The position numbers were made by a program, and so were the translations under genes. A DNA stretch of 63,323 bases, counting the filler, from Octopus bimaculoides (taxonomy: Eukaryota), in the NCBI RefSeq assembly GCF_001194135.2. It is 3 parts of 3 records of this genome, joined end to end, with 100 filler letters (N's around TTAATTAATTAA, not from the genome) between each part and the next. Parts side by side here need not be neighbours in the genome. Positions count along the whole stretch, not along the records: positions 1 to 29,296 come from NC_068984.1; 2 more parts are not named here. The stretch is one strand, 5' to 3'. This document shows positions 13,515 to 25,826 of this stretch, piece by piece; positions within the stretch are counted from its first letter, which is position 1; each line of letters opens with the position of its first letter. The notes under the pieces are model-generated. The model worked only from the letters and a program-made list of their open reading frames with translations. It had not been told where the DNA came from and did not search any database.

Positions 13515-15139
13515 NNNNNNNNNNNNNNNNNNNNNNNNNNNNNNNNNNNNNNNNNNNNNNNNNNNNNNNNNNNNNNNNNNNNNNNNNNNNNNNNNNNNNN
13601 NNNNNNNNNNNNNNNNNNNNNNNNNNNNNNNNNNNNNNNNNNNNNNNNNNNNNNNNNNNNNNNNNNNNNNNNNNNNNNNNNNNNNNNNNNNNNNNNNNNN
13701 NNNNNNNNNNNNNNNNNNNNNNNNNNNNNNNNNNNNNNNNNNNNNNNNNNNNNNNNNNNNNNNNNNNNNNNNNNNNNNNNNNNNNNNNNNNNNNNNNNNN
13801 NNNNNNNNNNNNNNNNNNNNNNNNNNNNNNNNNNNNNNNNNNNNNNNNNNNNNNNNNNNNNNNNNNNNNNNNNNNNNNNNNNNNNNNNNNNNNNNNNNNN
13901 NNNNNNNNNNNNNNNNNNNNNNNNNNNNNNNNNNNNNNNNNNNNNNNNNNNNNNNNNNNNNNNNNNNNNNNNNNNNNNNNNNNNNNNNNNNNNNNNNNNN
14001 NNNNNNNNNNNNNNNNNNNNNNNNNNNNNNNNNNNNNNNNNNNNNNNNNNNNNNNNNNNNNNNNNNNNNNNNNNNNNNNNNNNNNNNNNNNNNNNNNNNN
14101 NNNNNNNNNNNNNNNNNNNNNNNAAACAAAACTCTTTCGCTCCTAAAGTAGTATATGTGCGTATGTGTGAGAGTGAAAGGGGGGGGAGAAAGATTAGCGA
14201 TTTAAAATAAATAAATGATTTAAAATAAATATATTTTAATTGTTATGTGAGAAAGTATATATAATCTTATTATAGAATATAGTGTCTTTCAAAAACATCT
14301 TATATTTGAAACTATATCTCATGTTCAAGAAAAAAAATGCATTTTACTCTGTCTTCCTTAGCTACATTTTCTTTCGTAATACGCTTTGTCTCCCTCTTCC
14401 ACTTGTTCGTTCCTTTTTTTTTTTGTTAGACGCTGTCTTGGTGAGAGAAATTTTTTTTCCTTAGCCGCTTTGTCCCCCTCTTCCACTTTTTCACTTTTAT
14501 TTTTTTAGACGCTTGGCAAACTCTGTTTCTCCCCTTGTCACAAACACATTATTTCTTTCTTTCTCTCTTTTTTCTTTCTCTCTCTCTTTCTTTCTTTCTC
14601 TCTCTTTCTTTCTTTCTCCCTCTCTTTCTTTCTTTCTCTCTCTCTTGCTCTCTCTCTCCTTCACGCGCGTACGCACAGATTTGACTTCGCCATGTCAACA
14701 AACTTCAAAATTGGTAAAAGTTTATCGATTTTTACAGCTATACGCGGGTGCCTCTGTGAGAAAAAGTTGACAAAAACACAGATAGGGTCATGAACAATGT
14801 CCTCCTAAAATTGGAGCGACATGCGTGCTAATTTGTGGACGTGCATAAACTACATTCACGTACACACACACACACACCTCCTCTCTTTTANNNNNNNNNN
14901 NNNNNNNNNNNNNNNNNNNNNNNNNNNNNNNNNNNNNNNNNNNNNNNNNNNNNNNNNNNNNNNNNNNNNNNNNNNNNNNNNNNNNNNNNNNNNNNNNNNN
15001 NNNNNNNNNNNNNNNNNNNNNNNNNNNNNNNNNNNNNNNNNNNNNNNNNNNNNNNNNNNNNNNNNNNNNNNNNNNNNNNNNNNNNNNNNNNNNNNNNNNN
15101 NNNNNNNNNNNNNNNNNNNNNNNNNNNNNNNTATATATA

Positions 15140-15340
15140 TAGTCAATCCAAACATGAACAAGCAAGAAAAAACAACAACGCGAGGACGTGGAATAAGTAC
15201 AGTGTTATTGAACGCTCAGGAAAGGAAAGAAAAGAAAGAGGATTTCACGTTTCGAGCGGAGCTCTTCATCAGAAATATAGAAAAAGTCCAAAGAAGGGAA
15301 GACGGAGAAAGAAAATCTTCAACGATACACACGCGGTCAC
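15140..15340 (-). mobile_element. Family A PLE-terminus-like repeat (diverged copy)
   Basis: HHR segment plus CCTGAGCGTTCAATAAC and CCTCGCGTTGTTG, abutting (TA)n. Confidence 0.45.
15242..15276 (-). ncRNA. Minimal hammerhead-like motif (family A, GUG at the cleavage triplet)
   Basis: ATTT-CTGATGA-A-GAGC-TCC-GCTC-GAAA-CGTG-AAAT. Confidence 0.55.
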
Positions 15341-15399
15341 ATATTGAAATCACCGGAAGGGAATGGGTGAAGCAAAAGTTCTTTCAAAGATAAGAAAGT

Positions 15400-16380
15400 G
15401 CAAGAGAAGGAGGTATGTGTGTGGGGGGAGTAATGATAGCACGTGTATGTGCATGTGTATGCGAGTATGTGTGGTTGTGACTGTTTATGTACCTGTGCGG
15501 TTGGCCTTAATGTCGTTTAAGGTCAAAGGAAGAGTTTATAGTAAGAATTTTGGTAGCAGTGGCTGTCTACTGCGTGTCTCTCTACACATGTGCGTAGGAG
15601 AATGGTCAGTTGAAAGGTGTGTGCGAGTATGTATATGTAGTATGTGTGTTTTGCTGGCAGTGTGTGCGTGTGTGTGTGTATGTGTGTATGTATGTGTGTG
15701 TACGTGTGGGTGTGTGTATACTCGTGAGGTTGTGTCTGTTCAGTAAATGTACGTTACTCTGTGTGTGTGTACGTGTGCGTCCTTGTATGTGCGTGTGTGT
15801 GCGTCCATGTATGTATAATTGTGTGCGTGTATGTATGAGCGTGTGCTGTGTGTGTATGGGAGGTGTGCGTGTATGTATGAGCGTGTGCTGTGTGGGTTCA
15901 TTTGCGTGTGTGTGTGTATGTGTGTGTGCGTGCGTGTGTATTTTGTGTGTGCATGTGTGTGAACGAGGGTTGTGTAGGGAGGTATGTGTGTGTTTTCTTG
16001 CGTGTGTGTGCATGTGCGTGTGTATGTGTATGTGCGTGTAGTTGTGTGTGCCTCTATGTGTGTGTATATGTGTGCGTGAGTGTGTATGCGGGTGTTATAC
16101 GTGTGTGCGTGGGGTTGTGAGTGTTAGGTATGTGTGTATTCGTGTGTCTGTGTACGCGTGCGTGTGTGTGCGTATGTGTGCGTGCGTGTGTATGAATGTA
16201 CTTCTATATGCGTATGCGTATGCGTATCTGTATGTGTGTGCGTGTCTGTATGAGTGTGTGTTGTGTGTGTTGGAGGTATGTGAGCATACATGCTCGAGTG
16301 TGTGTATGTATGTGTATGTACGTGTGTATATGTGTGTGTGTGTATGTGTGTGAGTGAGAGAGAGAGAGAGAGAGATTAAA
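15400..16380. repeat. About 1 kb degenerate (GT)-rich tract
   Basis: Imperfect (TG)n/(TATG)n with a short internal duplication. Confidence 0.9.
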
Positions 16381-16399
16381 AATGCAAGACGGACAAGCA

Positions 16400-16742
16400 A
16401 ATCAATAAGCGTCACTGGAGGGAATTTCTTTAGTGTCGAACTTACGACCGTGAAGCTGGGAGTTCGAATCCCGGACCGTGCTGTGTGTTGTGTTCTTGAG
16501 CAAGACACTTTATTTCACGTTGCTTCAGTTCACTCAGCTGTAGAAATGACTTGCGACGTCACTGGTGCCAAGCTGCATCGGCCATTTGCCTTTCCCTTGG
16601 ATAACATCGGTGGCGTGAAGAGGGGAAGCTGGTATGCATGGGCGACTGCTGGTCTTCCATAAAACAACCTTGCCTGGACTCGTGCCTCGGAGGGTAACTT
16701 TCTAGGTGCAATCCCATGGTCATTCGTGACCGAAGGGGGTCT
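16400..16742 (+). mobile_element. SINE S2 (CORE-like body, long tail)
   Basis: B box GTTCGAATCCC; TGTTCTTGAGCAAGACACTTTATTTCACGTTG. Confidence 0.75.
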
Positions 16743-19493
16743 CCGACTCTTGATCTATTTATATTCTTTATATGAGGTGCCGCTTCTAGCCGCCTTGGAT
16801 AGGCAATTTCAACACCCCATTCCCATTTTCACTTCAAACCTGAGGCAAACCCATCTGAGTACTCATTGTACATACCTACCTATGTATGTATGTATGTATG
16901 TATGTATGTATGTCTGTATATGAGATGGAGAGAAAAAGAGGGAGATAGATTCACGATATTGCGATATTTTTCCGTGTAAAAGAATTCAAGAGAAAAAATA
17001 TCAATCTGGAGTAAAGTACTCAATGCTTAAAAGCACTTCAGGCGCCTTTGTTTTCAAAAATATGATTATGACAAAATTAGTCTCATATGAGACACTTGCT
17101 GAATGAATAGGAGTAGTCTTGCTATTTTTGTGTGTGCGCACTTGTATATAAATGCGTGTGTTTAAGTCATATTTAATAAGAGAAAATCTATTTGTATGCT
17201 TAAAGTTATCTGTTCTGGTGTCTGCGACTACTAGCCCGTAAACAAAGATACAAGTTGCTTTGTCTTGTGTTTTACTGAGAGAACAAAAGTGAAATCAAAT
17301 AAATGTTCAAAGTTTCAAACACACAAGTATCTATCTTTGCAAGCTAACTTGCTGTATATTAATCTGTGTTTATTTGTATTATTAGCAACTCACTTTGTTT
17401 TCTTTTTTTTTTTTAAGATAAACATACAATTATTACTTTCGGATTTTTCAACCTCATCCTTTTTCTTTACAAATTATCAAGTTCTTATGATAGTAGTTTT
17501 TTTTTCCCAATTATTTTCGATTTGTGTTACCATCCATTGTACTGAGGTAGTCAACCAGCATCTCAAGCAGATACTGGCTTATAATCAACAAGACATTAAT
17601 AATGCGTCATTCTTAGAAAACATTGTTGCCAAATGAAATAAATGATACAATTATGATCGAAACTGAATAGTCCTTTGCAACTTTTAGGAAGTGAAATCCT
17701 TTCTTTGCAATAACAAATGAAATTAAATGAATAGTCATGGTTTCTTTTGCGATTTACATGATATTAGATTTAAGTTTAAAAGAAACAAAATTTCACTGCG
17801 CTAAAGTTAATAAAGCAATCAGATTTTGACAACAATTAATTTCCTTCAATTTATGCATAATTGTAATTTAGAAAATATCTTTAAAGAAACTGTTACCCAG
17901 AAGCAACGGCGCCTTATTATAGAAAATTACATCGATTGATGGCAAGTTGTGTGTAAAATGGTTTAAGTTTTGTAATAAAAATGGTTTTAGCTCTTATTCA
18001 AATAGCTTTCACAGAAAATATTTCTAAAACCAATATATTTTTCCATATTCACTCGTTACAGCTGATACGATAAGTGTTGGCTGAAAAATGCGATTACTGT
18101 AGGAGTTTTTATGCAGCCTTCTCATACATTTCGATGGTCCCTGACGAGGTCTTACTTTTTTTTTTTACTGTCATTGAAATAATAACTATAATATGTTGGT
18201 GTTATGTCAATCAACTACCCTCAACTAAAAGAAAAATAATAATTATCATTGAGCCCAGTCAATATTTCATCAAAAGAAAATGGCGTTTTTTTTCATTAAT
18301 CACAATCCCTGGTCGATCGTTGATGACTGTGCAATTATTCATTATCTTATCTCTAAGGATTTGATGTTATGCGTCAGTCACTTTAAATTACATTCATTTT
18401 TAAGTGGTCATCCCTTGACAGTATTTTGAAAACCTAGGAATTTAGACTCTGGGTTAAAATAATGTCCTCAATTAAAATATTTCCCTTTCACAATAGAACG
18501 CCATACTGCTGGTTTCACCATTTTATTCCAAAATGCCAATAATTGAATCTCCAATTTTAAAGCTTCTGACTAGGAAATAGAATGGAAGGAATAATGAAAT
18601 GTGAAAGAATGTTTTCAGAAAGTACAGCAACATTTCAGATTTAGAATCAGTTTTGTTCTTGGATTAATGATGGACGAATCATTTTAATATTACACTTTAA
18701 TATTTTATATTTTTCATCTCTTTTATTGCATATTTCTTTGTAATTTTAATTTGATTAAGTGATATAATCTGTAAGGAATAATGACATCAAGAATGCATGT
18801 TCTTTATAACACTATATACCGAGTCATATTATATGAAAACAAGCTAAAAGAAACGTTTGTTTCGGTGCTATACACGTGAAATGATTATTGATTTCGCTAA
18901 TCATTTTCCGTTAAGGAATCAATTTTACCTAATTGTAAAATTACATGGCATCCTCGATGTTGATCTGGTTTCCAAGTAAAATTGTACCAACAATCCCCCC
19001 CCCACACACACACACACATGCTCACATGCGCGCGCATTCGTACTCAAAAACACAAATTCACATACACACACAAGTATACCTGGAAGAAATTTCTTTCGGC
19101 ATGTCTTTATTCGTCTTTACACGTCTTTACTCGTCCCATTACTACGTATTTCTCAATGAAAATATTCAAAAAGAAATTTGAAATGGCGAAGTCTATCTGA
19201 ATAAAATAGAAAGGATAACTCCGTCAAATACTTTTAAAATGGTGTATTATTTTAAATCCAAGCCATAACGTTCTGTTCTGAAACTGGGTTCAATGTAAAT
19301 TAAGAAAGTTCACAAAAAGAGACAAGAAGGTAATATTTCGAACGCAAGCACAAAGATCGAGTATTATTACCCTTATAAGACGGTATTATACGATAAAGTT
19401 TCGACGCTTCTAAAAACAAAATAAAAGTTTGTTTACATATGGTGTTGTATTCCAAAACAAACTATGTATTTAGCACTAAATTTGACAGAAGCT

Positions 19494-19576
19494 GTTGAAA
19501 GTTATCAGTTTAGCTTAATAGTGGAGTACTCAGCCGATATCCGGCGGGTGCTGGTTCGAGTCCCGTGGCTTTCAAC
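19494..19576 (+). pseudogene. tRNA-like sequence (pseudogene or solo SINE head)
   Basis: Terminal stem GTTGAAAGTT/GGCTTTCAAC, D-arm-like TAGCTTAATAGTGGAGT, B box GGTTCGAGTCC, followed by a T run. Non-canonical anticodon arm and extra 5' bases. Confidence 0.55.
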
Positions 19577-20059
19577 GTCTTTTTTTTTCTGTCTTATAAG
19601 GTTATTAACACTCGATTTTTCTGCTGTTCTTTCGGCTACACTGCGTTCGATATTTTATCTTCTAGTCTGTATAATCTAAGTTACTTCGATTGGTTTCGGC
19701 CAGAATTGGGCCAGGATATGACTAACTTAATAATTCCTCTTGACGAAATTTAATTATGTTTCTTTTACAGTTATAGCTCACTCATCAACCGGGCGTAAAC
19801 TAAACTACAGAATGTTTGCATTACGGTTCTATACAAATTCACGTTTTCTGTGGATCGACTAAAAATAACTGGAATGCAAGAATGAGCCGGAACGAATGTA
19901 ATATATGCGTGGACACAAGATCAAACTTTCTGACTCAGTATTTAAAAAATGAAATACATCAATTACATTTGAATTTATACCGTAGCTATTTTAGCCTTTT
20001 AGACGTTCTTAAACAGTCCTGGAAGACAAATTCATGCCCACGTATATCTTTCATCTTTC

Positions 20060-20346
20060 TCTCGTTTCAGTCATTTGACTGTGGCCATACTGGGGCACCG
20101 CCTTGAAGGTTTTAGTCGACCATAGGACTTATTTTTTACTGCTTAGTACTTATTCAATGGTCCATTTTGCCAAACCGCTAGGCTACTATAGTCTCAGGCA
20201 GACCAAAGTCTTATGAGCAGATTTGGTAGGCGGAAACTGAAAGAAGACCGTAGAAGATACTTACCCAATGTGCCACACAGTGGGACTAAACACGGAACTA
20301 TGTTGATGGGAAGCAAGCTTCTTACTACACAGCCACGCGTGCGCCT
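20060..20346 (-). mobile_element. SINE family S3
   Basis: Head AGGCGCACGCGTGGCTGTGTAGTAAGAAGCTTGCTTCCC; tail CAGTCAAATGACTGAAAC. Confidence 0.8.
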
Positions 20347-20742
20347 ATATTAATAACTTTCATTTCATTTCATTTTTCTAAACCCCTAGGTAAACAGTTT
20401 TGTATTCACGCATATATTACGTTTATTCCGTTCTTTGTAGTCTTTCTTTTCATTTTTGAGTCAACTCAAAAATTGTATCTCTAAATATTCATGATTGGAT
20501 AGGTATCCCTCTACGATTTGAAACGTGATATTAGGCCCACTTTTGTATGGTATATCCAAGTTCCTGCTATTCAAATTACATACATGAGATGGAGTTTCAA
20601 GAAAATTATGTAATTACAAAAATAAACAAGATTGATGTAGTACCATTATATAGATATGTTTTGAAAATCAGATAGCGTAAATAATTTAATAATTTATGCC
20701 AAAATATTCACAATGCAAAAGGTTCTATGCGCAGCACATGCC

Positions 20743-20817
<75 letters not shown>

Positions 20818-21004
20818 AGATATATATTCATAGATACATATATACTTGTGTGTGTGTCAATATTTATCTATATCTATATCTACCTATTTATCTATATTCT
20901 TTTAAATATTTCAGCCTTGAGGCTGCGGCCATGATGGAGCACCGACATAGATCTCTCTCTCTCTCTCTCTTTCTCTCGATACACACACACACACNNNNNN
21001 NNNN

Positions 21005-21049
<45 letters not shown>

Positions 21050-22257
21050 GGGAGAAAGAAGAAAACAAAGCGTCTGAACATTTTCCTAATTTTGCAGATT
21101 CCGTATAATTTTATGGAAGAAAATATGAAATTGTCAACTAATATTTGTAACTTAACACAAATACATTTCCAGTGTTTGCTGTAATAAAGTTAAAAGCTGC
21201 CATTTTTTCTTGGTCACAAATTGGAGAACTAATATCATGACAATTTTTAGAGCTATGTATTTGAATTTAGGTAAATTAGATAATTCGGTGAACTAATGAC
21301 TTGTATTAAATAATTCATGTAAGTAATGATGTATGGAAAGATGCATGTAAAAAAATATTAATTTATTGAAATTTGCCTCCCTGATAGGGAAAACATATAT
21401 AAAAACCTAATGTCATGTTAGTATCTCTTACATAAATGAAGAGATGGTTTCAAGAAATAAAGATTTAATTCCGCAGAAAACTAAATGTTCGTACTTAAGG
21501 AGACATTGGATATTTGTTAGCAGGGAAGGCGACAGCGCGCGCGCGTGAGTGAGAGAGAGGGAAAGAGAGAGAGAAAAATGGAAACTGCGTGCTGTTCTTA
21601 GAATTCTTGATAAGTGACTTGGTTGGTCTTAGAATTCTTTTGGTAAGAGAGGCTTTCAGGCACACGCTTCGCTACAAATTCCAGACCCACTAGAATACGT
21701 CCAATAGAGCGTACATCCAATTCTCCCGTCACATACGGGAATTATCCTTGTTACTAGACCCTAGCATGTATTTCCTCATTCCCCCTGCATTCCAGACATT
21801 TTTATTCTAATTGCTCGGCAATTCTATGAATGATGGCTTAAGGAAGGTGTCATTTTACTTTTTGTATTAGTCACTCGGAGATTTGTAAAGAAATCGTTCC
21901 TTTCTTTAATAGGGAACATTTTTCTTTATACTGTTCAATACATAAACTATTCAATACAATACGGCAACGCATATATACACTTTCGCATGGCAGTGGTGCA
22001 GAATATTGCACGACATGCATGCAAATAATATACGTGTAAAATATTGTTTACGGCGAAATCGTGTACCACCGATTCTGTGTGTGCGTGTGTGAAAACATGC
22101 AAGATGGTACCCAAAAGTTCAATGTTAGTGTGTATCTATGTTACTTTCCGTATATATCTACCTGTGTGTATTTATTTTCTCACCATCAGCCTGATTGCTT
22201 TTTTCATGTGTTTATGTGTGTATAGATTTGTATGTAAATAATATTCCTTTCTGATAT

Positions 22258-22460
22258 AGGTACGAAGTCTGAAATTTCTATAGTGAGGAGGTAAGTCGTT
22301 TACATGGGTCCCAGTTGTCAACCGCTACTTATTTTATCTACTACGAAAGGATGAAAGGCAAAGTCGACCTCTGCGGAATTTGAACTCAAAACCTAAAGAC
22401 AAACGAAATGCTCCAAAAACATTTTCCCCGGCTTGATAACGATTCTGTCAGCTCGCCAAC
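22258..22460 (-). mobile_element. SINE family S1
   Basis: Same core. Confidence 0.85.
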
Positions 22461-23135
22461 TTTAGTTTGTAAATAATACTACTGACAGACGACTTGCCCA
22501 TCAGGATCTTCTCTGACAAATATCCTTCTTCCTCCTTCGCTATCTTTTTCTCCAACCTCTCTGAAATTATCCAATTTGACTCTCTTAAAAATTATTTTTC
22601 TTCCACTTTGAAACCACTTTTCGCTCTGCAGTAACTCGTTCCACATGGCGTAACAAATAATTCTCTTCCATTTAATGCTATTCTATTCTGTGTCCTTATC
22701 GACAAGAAATCTACCGCAAATATTATGAGTGAATGGAGAACTAAATTTGATAAAAGAAGCCTAAACCAGTAGTTTGTCAACGTGCAAATGATAAACTTGA
22801 CGGCATTCTGAGAAGTATACAAGTAAAGTTATTATCGACACTGCTACATGATGCAACATTATGACAAACATAGGAGGTTATATACGTATCGGAAATAGAA
22901 AATTCAAGAGGAACAAGAAAAAAACACCTCATAAATTCTCCCACAAACTTCACTATAAAGGTATGCGCACGTCTGTGCATGAGTGTCAATGTGTACATAG
23001 ATGGGGTGCTTTTCAAGTATGGTAGTCTGGCATTGTACCCTAGTTCTTACATCTATGCATTTGAAGATATGCATTTGTAAGCGCAAGTGATAATATAGAA
23101 TTATCTACGACAGCACCACTACCATCTGACGACGA

Positions 23136-23202
<67 letters not shown>

Positions 23203-24985
23203 TTTATGTGTATGATTGTGTACTTAAGTGTATAGGTGCGTGATGTGTATGTGTATGGGTGACCGTGAATATTTATGAGAAATTGTACATACACGCGAGG
23301 ATAGTTTAATTATTCTCTTGAGAGTTAAAATACAGAAAGTTTAAGAACCATAGAACCGTAATGTATCAATATACTTTAACTCACAGAAATAAGTGTCAAG
23401 CAGATTTGCACATTTCGGTATATACACGCATGAGCACATACAGACACACATACAAACGTATACGTACTCGCGCACACATTCACACACTCACGCATATAAT
23501 CCGCGCACATAGACGCTGAGTAAGCACCACAAAGACTAAAATTCCAGTGAAGCACACATACATACACCGCCACCGCCATCTTCGCGCACAGCGAGTCACA
23601 CTTATTCGTGAGATCATTTGTGTAAAAACAAAACTCATTAAATTCTGTTTGATTACATAATGAAAGGCCTGGAATAGTAAATGTACATCACTGATGACTG
23701 GGGAATAGCGACTAAAAGACACTCATTGAATGATTGAGTGAATGACTGATTGATTGATTGCTTGATTGGTCAAAAAGTCAGCTAATCAAACGGGTCATTG
23801 GCTGAATAGTGAAAAAGATGCCCCAAAATAAAATATATGATAAAAAACAAAACAAATGTGTGTATATATGAGTGTGTTCATTGGCAAAGTGACCAAAGAT
23901 ATAGCAATATGCATACACATGCTCACGTGCGTATGTATGGGTGTGTGTTTGCGTGCGTATATGTGTGTTTGCATGCATGCAAATACACACATACGCATGC
24001 AAACACACGCACACATTCACACACACACAAACACACACACACTCACACTCCCACCCCGGGCACCGTGGATGTTTTTAGCCAAGTCCTCTTTATGCCAGAC
24101 ATTCAGGCAAGGTCGCCGGTCTGAAGATATCTTACTCCCCACACCCATCACACTTGGAGGCCCTGCAAAAATGTCATGGGTACTGAGTTCTTTCTTAACT
24201 AAAATGATAACATTTAAAACATGCGTACGTCAAAACATATTGCTACATACATGCAATGGCATGCATTCAAGTATACCGTAAACACAAATACATGCACACG
24301 CACACATAAGTATATGCATACATACATACGTACGTACGTACATACATGCTTCCACACATGTAGATAGAGCGTTATATAACGAAATCCGTTAAAAGTATAA
24401 AACTGAGGAGCTAAATATAGAAAGCCAAAATAATGTGGGAGGCATAACCACACATAATATGAAAGAATATAAGTGAACTGTTCTTGCCAAGACTTCAATA
24501 AAAAGCAACTGAATAAATCGAACTGACATAATGGCATTGACAGAGAAATGATACTATGCACTGTAGTTGAAACCATTTGCCCAGTTGATGTCAACATAAT
24601 ATCAAAGACTAGTGGAAAAGAAAATATCTGTGTCGAACAGATGAAATCTGAAGTTGCAGGATTTAAACTATATATTTAGATTTTTACTTATAATCAATGA
24701 AAAATTTGGCCAAGTGAGCAAATGTCTCAGTACCAGTTCTGAAAAGTTGAGTTTCACAAAATCTGAAAGAACACGCCTACTCAAGAAACTACTACTACAT
24801 ACTGTCAAAGGTAATGTCAAAATACATAAAACTTTTAAGAAGTTCAGCATGTTGTAAGATTTATGTATGCAATAACAGTCACAGCTAAAGCCCCTTTTTC
24901 ACATGTCCACACATGTATATGCAAATATGCGTATTTGCATACATGTGTGCAACAAGAATGCATACAAACAAACATACACACATAC

Positions 24986-25041
<56 letters not shown>

Positions 25042-25826
25042 AGCAGCAGCTGCAGTTCTTGCTATTGCTGTTACTGCTGCTGCTGTTGTTGCTGTTGTTG
25101 TTGTTGCTTTGAGCAGACAATATTACAGTAAGGAATTATTTAGTTAAAACAAAAGCTTGTTCCGCTTCTCCATTTAGTACATCAGTATCAATCTCATGAA
25201 TCGATGGACTAATAGTCAGAGTATCTTCACATTTTCAGAACCAAGAAGACTGAAAGCCTTTTCGCTAAGGATTAATGCTTCCACCCAAAAATATGTTACC
25301 CAGCAACATAACAAGTAAGCTATAGAGTTGCATTTTAGATTTCACAAACCTTTAAAACTATAAATAAATTTCCTGACTTCGCAAGGTTGTGAGTTATTTC
25401 GTTAGATTTTGAAATTCTTTGGCTACTCACAGACTTCCAGCATCATACTGTAGTAAAATCTTTATACATCATGGCTACATAATGGTAAAAATTTAATGCT
25501 TCGTATTATTTAGACAGCTATTTGGAAATCAACGTTCTGTTGGAAAAACGATTTATTTTCTGTCCAGAATACTCATGATAAGGTTCTAATTAGTAATACT
25601 TTTACTATACAAAATTTTTCTGTTTTCAATAAAACTCAGCACTGCTATGTATTTAAAAAAATAATTATAGAAACAAACTTTATCTGTTGCTGGGCTACAA
25701 CTAGATGAAAATTCTGTCTCTTATGGGCAATTATATATAGTGTACGTAACACTGTTTGTCTACCTGTTCTGGTTTTACACTACATTAAATAATAGAAACA
25801 AAGTACATATCAGTTTCAATGTTAGT

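Noticed and set aside
12641-14151. Long ORFs in the track (for example 491 aa, 314 aa, 248 aa)
   Set aside because: They consist of N runs and microsatellite translations (YI, HT, CV); no coding signal.
19811-19885. NVCITVLYKFTFSVDRL as a possible TM3/DRY exon
   Set aside because: In-frame stop soon after and no AIxxP-like continuation; probably chance.
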